64,000 nucleotides of DNA from Octopus sinensis. Lineage: Eukaryota. The stretch covers positions 59,768,001 through 59,832,000 of the forward strand of contig NC_043004.1 in the NCBI RefSeq assembly GCF_006345805.1, written 5' to 3'. The notes below the pieces were generated by a model. The model was not told where the DNA came from. It was given only the letters and a program-made list of their open reading frames with translations, and did not search any database. Both the position numbers and the translations under genes were made by a program. Shown in pieces: positions 1 through 12,990 of the stretch. The first letter of the stretch is position 1. Each line of letters opens with the position of its first letter.

Positions 1-815
1 TCCGATATAAGTCTTATATAATGAGGAAAGGTCAATCTATCCTACAAAGCAAAAGATAATCACTACATAAGATATAAAAGGCTCTTAAACAAACTGAAAA
101 TCCAACAGAATATTTGATTTGGTTTTCATCAAATGAGAAAAACTTCGACCAGTATCAACAAGTATACAAAAAGTGGCAGATGGTTATGTGCAGACCCTTC
201 TGAAGTTCTAAGTATTATGCTAACAAAATTTCCTGCAGCTATCATGGTTTTAGGGATTGTCAGTAATGAAGGACATGTGATCCCTCCTTACTTCTTTCCA
301 AAAGGCTTTAGATTTAACTCTGCCGCCTACATTGAGTTCCCGGAAATAATTGTTAATATCTGTCTAGACAGTGTATGCAATGGAAGGTCATATGTGTTTC
401 ACACACAACTCTAGTAACACAGGAATGGAAGCTGAAAATGTTCATGATCACATAACCCCTAACATTTGGCCTCCTAATTCCCTAGATTTCGATCCATTGG
501 ATTATTACTTGTGTACCCGTCTTGTGTGTGAGAGAGAGAGGTCAATGAACACGCCCATAACACCAAAGATCCTTTGAAAGCGCCATAGTCAGAGTAATCT
601 CCAAAATAAACTGGACCACTTGATTCGAGCATGTAGATGATTTGGATCTAATATAGAAGCATTTGTTGAAGCTTAAGGTGGCTTTTTGAATAACATAATA
701 GAAAAGATGGTTTACTTTCATCCTCATAGCATTTTTAAATAAAGTTATTATCTGTTATTATATATCTGTGTTTTTTATAAACATAAATCTGTCCTCAGAT
801 ATCTTACGTACCCTG
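1..815 (+). mobile_element. Degenerate Tc1/mariner-superfamily transposon (3' part of transposase plus right TIR)
   Basis: Frameshifted translation gives WFSSNEKNFDQ (SDEKNF-like first catalytic motif), VLGIVSNEGHVIPPYFFPKG and WPPNSLDFDPLDY (WPPxSPDLNPLDY motif). The element ends ...tacgtaccctg followed by TA at 816-817. It runs off the left window edge. Confidence 0.85.
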
Positions 816-867
816 TATATATATTTATACATACGCATACACACAAACACACACTCAGGCTCACACA

Positions 868-1330
868 TGTTGTAGATATTTAAGACATTTGTGGAATATC
901 AACAATATCGTGTCAGGAAAATTGTTGGAATAGATTGGAAAATAGCCACAGAGATAGCCATCAGTGATGTGGAGCTACTTGAGAGAAGTGGTAGTACGAG
1001 TGTAGAATCAATGATTTTGCAAAGGCTTTTCCGGTGGGGTGGTCATCTGCTGACATTGAATGAGTGAAAGACTTCCTAAGCAACTCTTGTATGGTGAGCT
1101 GGAAGATGGTAGGAGACCAGCACATAAAAACCGAAAATGAAACTCAATGACTGCCTCACAATTGCTTTGACATAGACAGGAGTTTCAGTAGTTGAGTGTG
1201 AGACGGAGACACAAGACCGAAATAGACGAAAAGAGTTTTTGTTCGAAGTGTGAAAGAAATGAAATGAGGCATGAGAATAGCAAAAGAATTCTTGGAAAGA
1301 ACGAACCGGTGTAAAATGTGAGACTGTTGC
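868..1330 (+). mobile_element. RTE-clade LINE 3' fragment (degenerate RT C-terminus)
   Basis: Translation contains FRWGGHL and RLPKQLLYGELEDGRRP, typical of the RTE/BovB-like post-RT region. Stops are present. Confidence 0.75.
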
Positions 1331-1680
1331 TTTTTATGTGTGTGATTCGTGCAAGGAAATGCTTGAGTTGTGTAGACCTGGTCAGCCATCAGAAAACTCA
1401 CAAGAATCAAACTCATTCTAAATTATGATATGGCTATTGTTCACAGCGGAACATGTTGCAACCTGTGGAATGGAGTACCTTTCAGTTGGGGGATTGAAAA
1501 GCCGTGTGAAAAGAGTTTATATTGCGGCCCCTATTCTTTCGGCCAGCCAACACAAGCGTGCATTATGCTATGGAATGAATAAATATTTGGCCGGCTCAAG
1601 AGTCATACAAGAGCCCCACATTGCATCATCAATGACTCATTTCGATGATTCTTTCTAGCAATGGCTTTGCCCGTATACGA

Positions 1681-1880
1681 GAAAGCAGCCACTATATGTA
1701 TGTGTGTGTGTTTGTGTGTGCGTGTGTGCATGATTGGGGGGTCTTGTGTGTGCTTGTGTGTGTGCGTCTTTGTGTCTGTATTTGTTTCCCATCAGAACTT
1801 GACGACCAGTGTTTCGTTGTTTACGTCCACTTAGACTAGCGATTCGGTAAAAAGAAACCGATAAATTAAGTACCAGTCTT
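1681..1880 (+). mobile_element. SINE family B, degenerate 3' half
   Basis: (TG)n followed by ...gtttacgtcc...gattcggtaaaaagaaaccgataaattaagtacc, matching the 3' half of the full copies at 31411 and 59191. Confidence 0.55.
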
Positions 1881-3173
1881 GAAAATGGAACAAATACGGT
1901 AGTAAATGAATTTAACTAAAATTTCTTCAAGGCGGTGCCGAAGCTTCGCCGCAGTCTATTGACTGAAACTGATACATGATAAAAGACAAGAAGATACATT
2001 CCCATTACGTAAGTCAGTTCTAAATTCTCTAAATTGAGTTCTGTTTCACAGTTGGGAAAGGACACCAGAATAACAGAATATCGTTGGGAGTAAAGAAATG
2101 AAACCGCAGCTGGCATATGTTTGCCAAGATTCTGACAGTGTAGTTTTTAACAATCACAGCTGACACTTATGACAGTCCTATATCATCTTCAGTCATTCGC
2201 ACATCTAATACTAATAGTTAAGCTATGCTTCGGTAAGACCAAATGTATGTGCAGATTTAACGTCGTTATCAAAAGATCAAACTCGCGTTCTCCTACATTC
2301 TGTATTTTATTAGGGATAAAATGTATTAAATTTCCGAGGAATTCGCTGTTTACTAAATTTACTTTTCCTTCAAATTTTCTTTTTCAAATTTTATCAAAAT
2401 GTGTTGCTCACTTTATATATAAACAAAATATTTGTTTCAATATTCAGAGGAATTTGAAAAATTCCATTTGAAATATTTCTGATGGATTTTGAGAAAATGA
2501 TCACCCAAATACTTGTTAGAGGTTCTAAATTTAATTTTACGGCTTGATTAACAACTTACGCAAGCGACCACACCGTAAATGTTACTTCTACAATTCTATT
2601 GGGAGTTTAAGCTTTATGTATAGAATTTTAAGCAGGGGATGGTAGCAAAACATTTTAAATTTTTCTATATTTTGGTTTTATCGTTATTACTAACATATTT
2701 AATAAAATCATGCGTAAACACTATGTATCCTCTAGTGTATAGACTGAATAATCGTGAAGAATTTGAATAACTAATGAAGTTTATAACATTTTGGATAACA
2801 GTAAAGCCTCAGGTGTAAGTTTGATTCAAAACAGCCAATGGGTCAAACTTGTTGTTTTCTGATATTCGTTGCATATCTCAAGGCATCTCAATTCTTTTAC
2901 ATAACTCCGTTTATATGTCGTTTCTAGGAGGGTGCTTTTGTTCCATCGAATAATATAAATAAATGAAAATATTATATATTATAATGCGATGTATGTATCT
3001 ATTCAACGCACAAACTCTCACTCACATGCACTTATATATGTGTGTGTGAGTATTTATATATTTGTATGTATGTAAGTATGTATATCTATACATCTTTGTA
3101 TATGTATATATATATATATATACATACAGACATATATATATATATATATACAGACATATATATATACATATAT

Positions 3174-3330
3174 ACGACGGGCTTCTTTCAGTTTCCGTCT
3201 ACCAAATCCATTCACAAGGCTTTGGTTGGCCCGAGGTTATAGTAGAAGACACTTGCCGAAGGTGTCACGCGCTGGGACTGAACCCGGAACCATGTGGTTT
3301 GTAAGCAAGCTACTTACCACACAGCCACTC
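3174..3330 (-). mobile_element. SINE family B, 5' half (tRNA-like head)
   Basis: Reverse complement of gagtggctgtgtggtaagtagcttgcttac...ccgggttcagtccc...gaagcccgtcgt, with A/B-box-like motifs. It matches the copies at 59191 and 60028. Confidence 0.85.
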
Positions 3331-3845
3331 ATATATATATCGTTTAAATGTATAAGTCTCTATTTTCATGAATGTGGGGGGTTTACATTTGTGTGTATTT
3401 TGAAAATCAATAACTTGGCAAGTGATTATATGTTCTATTATATTTTACAGCATTAATCTAACCAAATATCAATTTTTATATTTGCACTCGATATTTCATA
3501 AAGCATTGTTTGCATATTCTGGAATAAAATTTTGAATTTATTCTCTTGACACTAAGCCTATTTTATTTTTTGTTGTTCCAGTTCCGTATACGCGTTGTAG
3601 ATAAATACAATAACTCATTGAAATTATAGGAATTTGTAAATTTGAAAACTAACGGTGGTAGACACCATAGAAATATAATTTTGTCTTTTAAAATCCTAAG
3701 TCTCGATTTTTCATGGAAATCTTGGCGTATTAGATGTGATCATAGAATATAGTTTTTTTTTTATGCGACACATTTATGAACATGAATATAAAACTTTATG
3801 TTTATGTATTTGCTTTGTAAGATTCCTGATGAGAAATCGTGTGCT

Positions 3846-4210
3846 GAAAAAGATATTGTTATATTTCAGGATGGTCATTCCTTTTTAATTTTCGACAAAC
3901 AACCACACGCAGGATATACTCATTCTTCACATGAGTTTTATTATGATTCTTGTTTTAGCGTCATTTGTCTGAAATTACATGGAATAAATGCACTAAAGAG
4001 AATGGACTAAACAGAACAGGAGAGCATGTGATGGTGAGTCGCTGAAGAGGTCGCACGACATATGACAAAATATTTGAAAGAAAGAAATAAGAATAACAAT
4101 AAAGCTGATGTGAAGAATGAATATATATTGTGCGTGTGGTTATTTGGCAAAAAAATGAGAATCCATAAAATAATGACCATCCCGACATTTAACAATATGA
4201 CTTTTTTTTC
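3846..4210. repeat. Old imperfect inverted repeat (~125-145 bp arms), MITE-like or fold-back
   Basis: gatattgtta...ggatggtcatt...aaccacacgca...cattcttcacat (left arm) is the reverse complement of atgtgaagaatg...tgcgtgtggtt...aatgaccatcc...taacaatat (right arm), with many mismatches. Confidence 0.7.
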
Positions 4211-5760
4211 TAAGATCCTTAAATAAAGATGCAACTGATCTTTGTTCATCATTATGATGCTAGAGACAATTGAATGCGTTCGCATTTCTAGAGATGTTTA
4301 TTGATGGGGTATACAAGATTAATGGAGTATACTGGACAGTGAGTATTTGCAATGAAATATTTTAGATCTACAATAAATTATTTTCGTCTTAGATTCGCAT
4401 AATGTGTGCGTGTACACACACAAACACACATTCACACACACGCACGCACGCACAAACACAAACACACAAATATACATATATATATGTGTGTATATGTGGG
4501 TGTGTATTTTTGAATGTATGTGTGTGCGTGTGAGTTTGTGCTTGTGTATCGTGTAAGGTAATTGCTTAACCTCTTCTAATGCTTTATTAGTGGTAAATAG
4601 TAAAAGTAAGTAAATGTATATCTGTCGATAATTAGTTGGCTATCCAATCATTTGCATTACCTTCTCATTGAATTGGCTTGTGTGAGCGTAAGAGTTACGT
4701 AGACACTTGTATTCTTTAGGCTCTTCTCACGTAGTATCAAACTGAGACACCATGTGACAAAAATTATTCGCTGAATCACAGATGCAATCAACGAAAGAGA
4801 CTCCCGTATTCTTTCATCAGTTCCGTTTCATTCACATGCATTGGATAGACTTGCGGTGTAATAGAAAGGTTCTTCCTTAAGACGCCATTGAAGGGAATCG
4901 AATACGGGATCTAGTGACTCAAATTCAAACTTCTTAACTACACCATAGCTTATGGTAGCTGCATAAAAAAAAAGAAAAAACTGGATACGATATTATATCT
5001 GTGAAAATATTCTGCAAGTAATCCGTTTAGATGTTGTATTCACCAGTTTAGTTAATAGTATCAAATAAGCGAATTCATTAATGGTCTGTAATAGTAAACA
5101 CTAAGTGACTGTATGTTAAACGTAAGAATTTAGTTTCAGTTTAAATAGCGGACGTCACTAGAACAGAACTAAGGGAAATATATTTGGGATGTCAAAAAGA
5201 AACAGAACTGAAAAGAAATACAATACGGGAATTTCAATGCATAAATAAATATGTGGCCGTCCTCATGTATCAAAGTCAAAGAACTCCAACAAAACCACTA
5301 TTTATTTACCCACGCTCGTTAAAATCTCGTACAGTAGCTTGACACTCAGCCGTGATCTTCTCTCATTTACCCATAAACTCATTGTTTCATTTTTCTTGTT
5401 TTCACCTACTAGACATTTTACCATCCATGCATTTTTATTTACATCGAGGGGCTAACATATTTATGTTTGTGCATTGAGGATGCAGTCAAAAGATTACAGT
5501 ACGCTCCAATCTTATTATGAAGGGAACATATTTCTGGAAATATTTTACTTTTTAGAAAACGTTTATTTAAAAGAATTACTGAACAGGCTGCTTGCAGTTT
5601 CTCGTTGAATGTTTACGAAAATAGCCATAATTTAACATCGTCCATTAAATTCACGAAAAAGAGAAAAAAATTTCTATATGCTTCAATAATTGGATTAAAT
5701 CTAATTTGTGGCGAGTCCACTTAATGATGGCAGTAATTATAGCAATATAACAATAGTAAT

Positions 5761-5938
5761 ATTGGTCTCAAATGTTTAGCACAAGACCAACAAGTTGACT
5801 GGATGCAGCGAATCCCAGTGCTGAACTGGTATTTATTTAATCGACAACGAAATAATGAAAGCAAAAGTAAATCCCAGTAGAATTTGAAATCAGAAAGTAG
5901 AGTAGGAAAAAGTTCCACTTAGCATTTTGTCCGACGCG
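5761..5938 (-). mobile_element. SINE family A, degenerate
   Basis: Contains actggtatttatttaatcgac...aatttgaaatcagaa...cttagcattt, the diverged reverse complement of the family A body. Confidence 0.55.
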
Positions 5939-5992
5939 GAAACGATTCTGCCAAAAGCAAATGTCAATAGTAATAATGGCGCTTTGTTGGTT

Positions 5993-6221
5993 ACGACGAC
6001 GAGGCTTCCAGTTGATCCGATCAACGGACAGCCTGCTCTTGAAATTAACGTGGAGGTGGCTAAGTACTCCACAGACACGTGTACCATTAACGTAGCTCTC
6101 GGGGAGATTCAGCGTGACAAAGAGTGTGACAAGACTGGCCCTTTGAAATACAGGTACAGCAGAAACAGGAATTCTACGACCACGAGTCCACTACCCTAAC
6201 CACTGGGCCAGTGCGCCTCCA
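5993..6221 (-). mobile_element. SINE family D (tRNA-like head, probably internally deleted)
   Basis: The minus strand begins tggaggcgcactggcccagtggttagggtagtggactcgtggtcgtag, a tRNA-like head with an A box. This explains ORF 5927-6199. Confidence 0.7.
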
Positions 6222-6300
6222 CTAGGAATAACAGCAACCAAAATAACACAAATTCTAAAAATGATAATAAAATCCATAATATTCCTGATAATAATGAAAT

Positions 6301-6482
6301 TTAGGGGGAGGGTAGTAGACGAATCCATCCACAGCACTATTTCATTGGTGCTTAATTGATCGATGCAGAAAGGATGAAGGGCAAAATCGACCTCGGCGGA
6401 GTTTGAACCCAGAATGAGGCGACGGGCGAACTAACGCTAAGCATTACTTCCAATGTGCTAACAATTCTGGCAGCTTGCTCCT
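6301..6482 (-). mobile_element. SINE family A
   Basis: gaaaggatgaagggcaaaatcgacctcggcggagtttgaacccagaa...ctggcagcttgctcc is the reverse complement of the family A head and body. Confidence 0.8.
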
Positions 6483-6496
6483 TTCATGATGGTGAT

Positions 6497-6508
6497 AACA
6501 ACAACAAC

Positions 6509-6606
<98 letters not shown>

Positions 6607-6650
6607 TATAATAATAATAATAATAACTATAATAATAACTATAATAATAA
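6497..6650. repeat. (AAC)n/(AAT)n microsatellite
   Basis: Directly visible triplet tract. Confidence 0.95.
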
Positions 6651-7015
6651 TAAACACAAACGCAACAACAACTATAAGGATAAAAATGGCGTATGTACTC
6701 ATGTCACTATATTGGGAGTATTGACATGGCAGAAAAATCGACACAGCTTTAAAAATAGATAAGCTGGAATATTAAATGATCTCAAGTAAGAGCATTGACC
6801 GAAAGGTTAATCTTCTGACAAAACTTTTTGTCTTAAATTCCACTTTGATTCTAGCAAACATTTGCCAAATGTTAACCCTTCAAATGTAATGACTTCTTTC
6901 ATTAAATATTCTTTAAAATATTTTACTATTAGCTTTTTGCTATTACAGACAGGAAATAGAAGAGTACAGCTCTCGATTCTTTCAGCTCACAGCTTTACTA
7001 CTGCTGCTGCTGCTG

Positions 7016-7054
<39 letters not shown>

Positions 7055-7072
7055 GTAATAAAAATAATAATG

Positions 7073-7117
<45 letters not shown>

Positions 7118-7134
7118 TTAATAATAATAATAAT

Positions 7135-7305
7135 TTATTGTAGAGGCACAAGGTCTGAAATATATTGGGAGGGACTACATAGAACACATTGTTTCACTGG
7201 GACATAATTTATCGACCCCAAATTATATATGGAGTCAGAACATAGCGACAGACGACACACCCCTAAGAATTTTGCCCGGCTGTTAACGGCCCTACAAGTT
7301 TGCCA
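7135..7305 (-). mobile_element. SINE family A, degenerate
   Basis: Contains cactgggacataatttatcgacccc and ctaagaattttgcccggctgttaacg, flanked by (CTA)n/(AAT)n tracts. Confidence 0.6.
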
Positions 7306-7317
7306 TCTTAATAACAA

Positions 7318-7355
<38 letters not shown>

Positions 7356-7370
7356 ATAATAATAATAATA

Positions 7371-7407
<37 letters not shown>

Positions 7408-7409
7408 TT

Positions 7410-7623
7410 GGTTCCCTCACTCTTGGCCCACTGGAATATTCAGAGTGTGGTTGCTGGAGAATTTTTTATGTATTAAACATTCACTAGTACAACACCAAAA
7501 AAAAAACAAATATATGGCACACTAGGCATAACAACAACGTGAACTTCCAACCTGTTGTCTCTTGAGGTCTCTGGGTGAGACTTGGAGCCAACTTGAACAT
7601 ACATAGAGCAAAAGTCAAACAGA
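7410..7623 (+). mobile_element. 3' end of an R4/Dong-like LINE subfamily with (AAT)n tail
   Basis: The ...gtctcttgaggtctctgggtgagacttg...gcaaaagtcaaac-(AAT)n terminus recurs in reverse at ~46335-46410, where it is attached to LINE coding remnants. Confidence 0.55.
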
Positions 7624-7636
7624 ATAATACTAATAC

Positions 7637-7707
<71 letters not shown>

Positions 7708-9474
7708 GGAATATTCCAGGGAGACACGCTCTCTCCACTCCTTTTCTGCTTGGCACTGTCACCTCTATCTGATATACTAAATAGAACTGGATGCGGATAT
7801 AAATGTTACGGCAAAACGATCAGCCACCTTTTATATATGGATGACATAAAACTATACGCTGAAAATGACAAACAGCTGGAAAAACTATTAAAGACAGTTC
7901 ATGGATTTACCAAAGAAATAGATATGAAATTTGGATAAGAAAAATGCGCCAAAGTAACCATGAAAAGAGGAAAACTAGTTAAGAGAGCAACATCACACTA
8001 GATAAAACCAATGAAATAAAAGAATTAGACCAAAGCCAAACTTACAAATACTTAGGAATCCATGAACTAGATAAGACACAACACACACAAATGAAAGAGA
8101 AAATAAAAAAAGAATATTATAGACGAGTTAGATCAATACTAAAAACAGAGCTCAATGCTAAAAACAAGATAATAGGTATTAACACTTTAGCTGTCCCAGT
8201 TATAAGTTACAGCTACAATATCCTTAACTGGACACGAAATGAACTGTCCAAAATAGATAGGAAAACAAGAAAAATAATGACAGGATCTAGGATGCATCAC
8301 CCAAAATCTGACATAGCAAGACTATATATACAACGTATAGAAGGTGGTAGAGGCCTTATACAACTGGAAAACTACTATAAAATAACCACCATAGGACTGC
8401 AAAAATATCTACTTCAGAAGGAAGGAAAACTGATACAAATAGCGGCAAAACACGAGCAAAACAAAAAACTGTTCTCAGTATTTAAGGAAGCTGACAAGAA
8501 ATCATACCACCTAACAAATATGAAGAAAAAGGGGATGAAGAAACAACAAAAGCTATAAAACAAATGAAATCCAAACTAAAAATAGAACAGCAACGAACCA
8601 TGATAAAACGATGGCAAGAAAAGCCCCTTCATGGTAAATACTGGACTAAACTAAACGCAAAAGAAATAGACAAAGAAAAATCCCAGCAATGGTTGAAAAG
8701 CTCAGGACTCAAAGCAGAAACAGAGAGATTTTTAATTGCAGCACAAGACCAAAGCCTCCCCACCAGAAATTACCAAAAACATGTAAGGAAAAGAAATATA
8801 ACAAGTAACTGCAGTATATGTGGAGATGGACAAGAAACAAAAAATCATATTATCTCTAGCTGCCCAGTCTTGGCTAAGAAGGAATATATTCACAGACATG
8901 ACAGAGTTGGAACCTACATACATTGGAAGCTATGCCAACATTATGGAATAACAACAGAAAAAAGATGGTATAGGCACACACCAGAAAAGGTCACAGAAAA
9001 CGAGAAAGCAACCATACTCTGGGATATGCCGATACACACATATAGAGAAATTAAGGCCAACAGGCCAGATATAGTTGTCAGAGATCATGAAGAAAAAAAT
9101 GCTTTCTAATTGATGTATCAATACCGGCAGATGACAACGTGTCTCTAAAAGAAATGGAGAAACTCTCAAAATACAAAGACGTGGAAATAGAGGTAACCAG
9201 AATGTGGAATCTAAAAACAGAAACAATTCCTATCATAGTAGGTGCATTAGGCATGATAAAAAATATTCAGACAAATACATAACAAAAACACCAGGACTTA
9301 CAAACACATATAACATACAGAAAATTGCACTACTAGGCACTGCACACATCCTACGCAGAACACTTTCCATACAATAACCATCAGAGCATCACAACAAATC
9401 ACAACACATACCCAAGGCACACAGAGCTGCGCTCGGTAGTGAAGTGAAAGCACGCTATAAAAATAAAACTACTG
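7708..9474 (+). mobile_element. 5'-truncated R4/Dong-type non-LTR retrotransposon (RT, CCHC and restriction-like endonuclease), disrupted
   Basis: Motifs GIFQGDTLSPLLF, HLLYMDDIKLY (RT), CSICGDGQETKNHIISSC (CCHC) and RPDIVV...LIDVSIP...EKLSKY (PD..D/E-K RLE). Both ends are embedded in (AAT)n. There is a stop at MKFG* plus frameshifts. Confidence 0.93.
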
Positions 9475-9496
9475 AATAATAATAATAATAATGATG

Positions 9497-9563
<67 letters not shown>

Positions 9564-9619
9564 TAATAATAATGATATTAATAATAATAATGATAATAAT
9601 AATAATAATAATAATAATA
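9475..9619. repeat. (AAT)n microsatellite (LINE tail/target)
   Basis: Directly visible. Confidence 0.95.
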
Positions 9620-9624
9620 CATTG

Positions 9625-10136
9625 ATGCAGTACTAGGCAGTGGCTCTCATGGTTTCTGATCTTAATGGAAGTGTTATGTATATTGTTTTGTGTTGGTACA
9701 AAAGATGGGCTACATCAAAGCTTCTGCTCAATACCACAGATTAGCTTGTCAGTTGTTTCACTTTAACCAGTTGAGCATATCTCTTAGTGGTTGATGACAA
9801 GTGCATCTCTGATTACGAGCAGAAGTTGTTGGGGAGCATAATAGCTTTGTGTAAAGAGGCATTCTTTGGGGATTGGATAATTCAAGTTTGGAAACATGGG
9901 TGTTTCTTTCAAATTTCTTTCGAGCGGGATGGGCTACTCAACCTGAAGAAATTTCTAACTGCTGTACCTCCCTGCAATCTCATGAAATGTTTATCTTGAT
10001 ATGAGATCATAATATCGGGCACATGTGGTTATTGTGCCCGGTGTACACTTCTTAGACGGGTAGTCAAAATTGGTATACTACTCTTCGTATATTTTACCCT
10101 AATGTCAACATGATGGCATGCATTGCCCTCTCATTC

Positions 10137-10137
<1 letters not shown>
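9625..10137 (+). mobile_element. ~520 bp (AAT)n-tailed interspersed repeat (family E)
   Basis: Begins gatgcagtac..ggcagtggctctcatgg and ends ...gcattgccctctcattc-(AAT)n. The same sequence occurs at ~20496, ~22675 and reversed at ~56477. Confidence 0.85.
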
Positions 10138-10196
<59 letters not shown>

Positions 10197-10223
10197 CATA
10201 ATAATAATAATAAAATAATAATG

Positions 10224-10282
<59 letters not shown>

Positions 10283-10290
10283 TGATAATG

Positions 10291-10352
<62 letters not shown>

Positions 10353-10354
<2 letters not shown>

Positions 10355-10655
10355 TCCTTTTTACTGGTACATAATTAATCGACTTCGAAACGATGAAAGA
10401 CAAAGTCGAACTCGGTGAAATTAGAAATCAGAACACATGGCATACGAAATACCTATTTCTTTATTACCCACAAGGAGCTAAACACAGAGGGGACAAACAA
10501 GGACAAACATAGGCATTAAGTCGATTACATCGACCCCAGTGCGTAACTGGTACTTAATTTATCGACCCCGAAAGAATGAAAGGCAAAGTGGACCTCGGCG
10601 GAATTTGAACTCACAACGTAACGCATACGAAATACCGCTAAGCATTTCGCCCGGC
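10353..10655 (-). mobile_element. SINE family A, dimeric form
   Basis: Two tandem family A bodies separated by the gaaatacctatttctttattacccacaaggagctaaacacagagggg spacer. Confidence 0.85.
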
Positions 10656-10675
10656 AAAGCCATCCTAAGAGAAAT

Positions 10676-11754
10676 ATAGAGAGACTCTACATGAAAAGAG
10701 GTAAGGGTAGAGGTAGACTGATTAGCGTACCGGAGTGCATTAACAGTGAAAGAAGAAACATGGGGGAATATTGGTAAACAGCAAAGAAGACCTGCTGCAG
10801 TATGCTGCTAGTGCAGAAGGAGATAATAAAAATGAAATTGAGAATGCTCATGAATTTCGAACAAGAACAGCCAACGAGAGAGAAGAAACCCAACTCCGTA
10901 TAGAATTACACGGTCAGTTCGACCATGAAACAAACAAATTAAAAAGCAGGAAGGATCATGGAAGTGGCTAAACAAGTGTGGCCTAAAAAAGAATACTGAA
11001 AGCCTAATCATTGCGGCCCAGGACCAGGCATTGAATACCAACTCGGTGAAAAAGAATATATACCACACAAGTGTATCGGACCTCCTCTGAATGTGTGGGA
11101 AGAGGGCGGAAAGTGTGATCACATTGTTAGTGCTTGTGAAAGTCTTGCGCAGAAAGAGTACAAGCGTAGACATGACAAAGTGGCCCAAAACCTCCACTGG
11201 CTAAAATGTCGTATGGATATGAGGCTATGGATGCTTGGTACTAACATACACCAGAAAAGGTGCTGGACGGAAAGAGGTAGGCAAAAATCCTCTGGGACTT
11301 TGATTTCTAGACAGACATAGTGTTAGAGAATCGAAGTCCGGATATAGTAACATTTCGGATGGACAAACAAGAGTGCCTAATAATCGACGTAGCAGTGCCA
11401 GGAGATCAACATATCATCATGAAGGAAAGAGAAAAAGTTGATAAATATGGTGACTTGATAATTGAGATCGCTAAGATATGGCAGCTACCAGATTCGAACA
11501 TAAAGGTTATCCTTAATGTCATCGGAGAATTGGGTAAAATATCACCCATTCTGGAAACAAAAAACGTCTGAATGCCTTAGAGATAACCTATAATCTAGAT
11601 GTATTGCAAAATCAGTATTACTTAGAATTGCACGCATATTGAATAAAATACTGTCTGTCTGAAATCCTTGTGATGTGACAGGCAGTACAAACCCACGGTA
11701 GACACAATATTTTCAATCAATAACATCACGATATTGTACACTGCGCGACATTTA
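10676..11754 (+). mobile_element. Older R4/Dong-type LINE 3' fragment with 3' UTR and (AAT)n tail
   Basis: Translation gives ESLIIAAQDQALNT, SACESLAQKEYKRRHDKVAQNLHW and SPDIV...LIIDVAVPGD...EKVDKYGDL, with many stops and frameshifts. Confidence 0.88.
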
Positions 11755-11768
11755 TAATAATAATAAAA

Positions 11769-11803
<35 letters not shown>

Positions 11804-11855
11804 TAATAATAATAATAATAATAATAACAATAACAACAACAACAACAACAATAAC

Positions 11856-11895
<40 letters not shown>

Positions 11896-11903
11896 TAATA
11901 ATA

Positions 11904-11948
<45 letters not shown>

Positions 11949-11976
11949 TAACAACAACAACAACAACAACAATAAC

Positions 11977-12039
<63 letters not shown>

Positions 12040-12042
12040 GTA

Positions 12043-12097
<55 letters not shown>

Positions 12098-12114
12098 TAA
12101 TAATAATAATAATA
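11755..12114. repeat. 360 bp (AAT)n/(AAC)n compound microsatellite
   Basis: Directly visible; the aacaataac(aac)n block occurs twice. Confidence 0.95.
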
Positions 12115-12379
12115 AAGTATGAGATAGCTAAGAAAAAAGAATAGCATGGTACAATAGGCAGCAAGTAGCAAGCTCGCTCAGTATGCAAAACTCCAGGAGC
12201 TCCGACAAAACCTGTGATAAAAAGAAAATAACTGGAAACAAAAAGCGGAAGACTATTACATTTAATTTAGCAATGCGAGAAAAAAAAAGCGCTTCTCTCT
12301 ATACACAAGGAGGCGATAAAATACAAAACAAACTACACTGAATTCAGATGACAACATAGATGAAATGATCAAAGTGAAA

Positions 12380-12990
12380 ATCAAAAACATGAATCAACAT
12401 AGTTCTTCTTTTGACCATCAATTCTGGAAGAATAACTTGGTGTACACAGCCGTACTTGAAGGTTTGTAGTTTAGGATGCAAATTAGTCAAAACCTTCAAC
12501 TAAAATCTCTGAGCTAGGTCCGGGTCAGGTGCCTTCTAAATTCTCATCTTACCAACTCCGGTTTGGATAACCTCCAACGTGGTGACAATGTCTCTTTGTA
12601 TCTCCATGTCTCTGAATTCTTCTTGCAATTCATAGTGCTAGGGTGATATCCAAAAATGGAATTTCCATGACAACTTCATTCCTTCTCCTGAGTTCGAATA
12701 TCAGATTTTCTCTATCAGATGTCTTCAATGATGATAACTCTTTCCTTCATTCAAGGAGCGTTATTTCCAAAATTTTGTTGCGCAGAGCAGGTAGTTCTAA
12801 TCTAATTTTCCGGACTCTTTAGTTAGATGTTGATCAATGTTTTTCATAAATTGTACATACCGTCTCTTCGTCTCCCAGTTTTGCAGAATCTCCTGTTTTA
12901 TAGGCATTTCTTCCGCACTAGTCCCATGCAATAACTTTCTTGCTTCTGTTATAATCTTTTGTTCCATATTCTCTAACCACATTTTGGTCT
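12380..12990 (-). mobile_element. R4/Dong-type LINE fragment, pre-RT/RT N-terminal region
   Basis: The minus-strand translation has KAPDPDLAQRF*LKVLTNLHPKL and PELMVKRRT, resembling the KAPGPD...FWLK...LH / PEWMxKGRT block. Confidence 0.65.

Noticed and set aside
1400-2200. Candidate host exons in unique-looking sequence
   Set aside because: No open frame bounded by convincing splice sites and no recognisable protein motif; RNA-seq would be needed.
5927-6199. 90-aa ORF with natural-looking composition
   Set aside because: It lies antisense within a tRNA-head SINE (family D).
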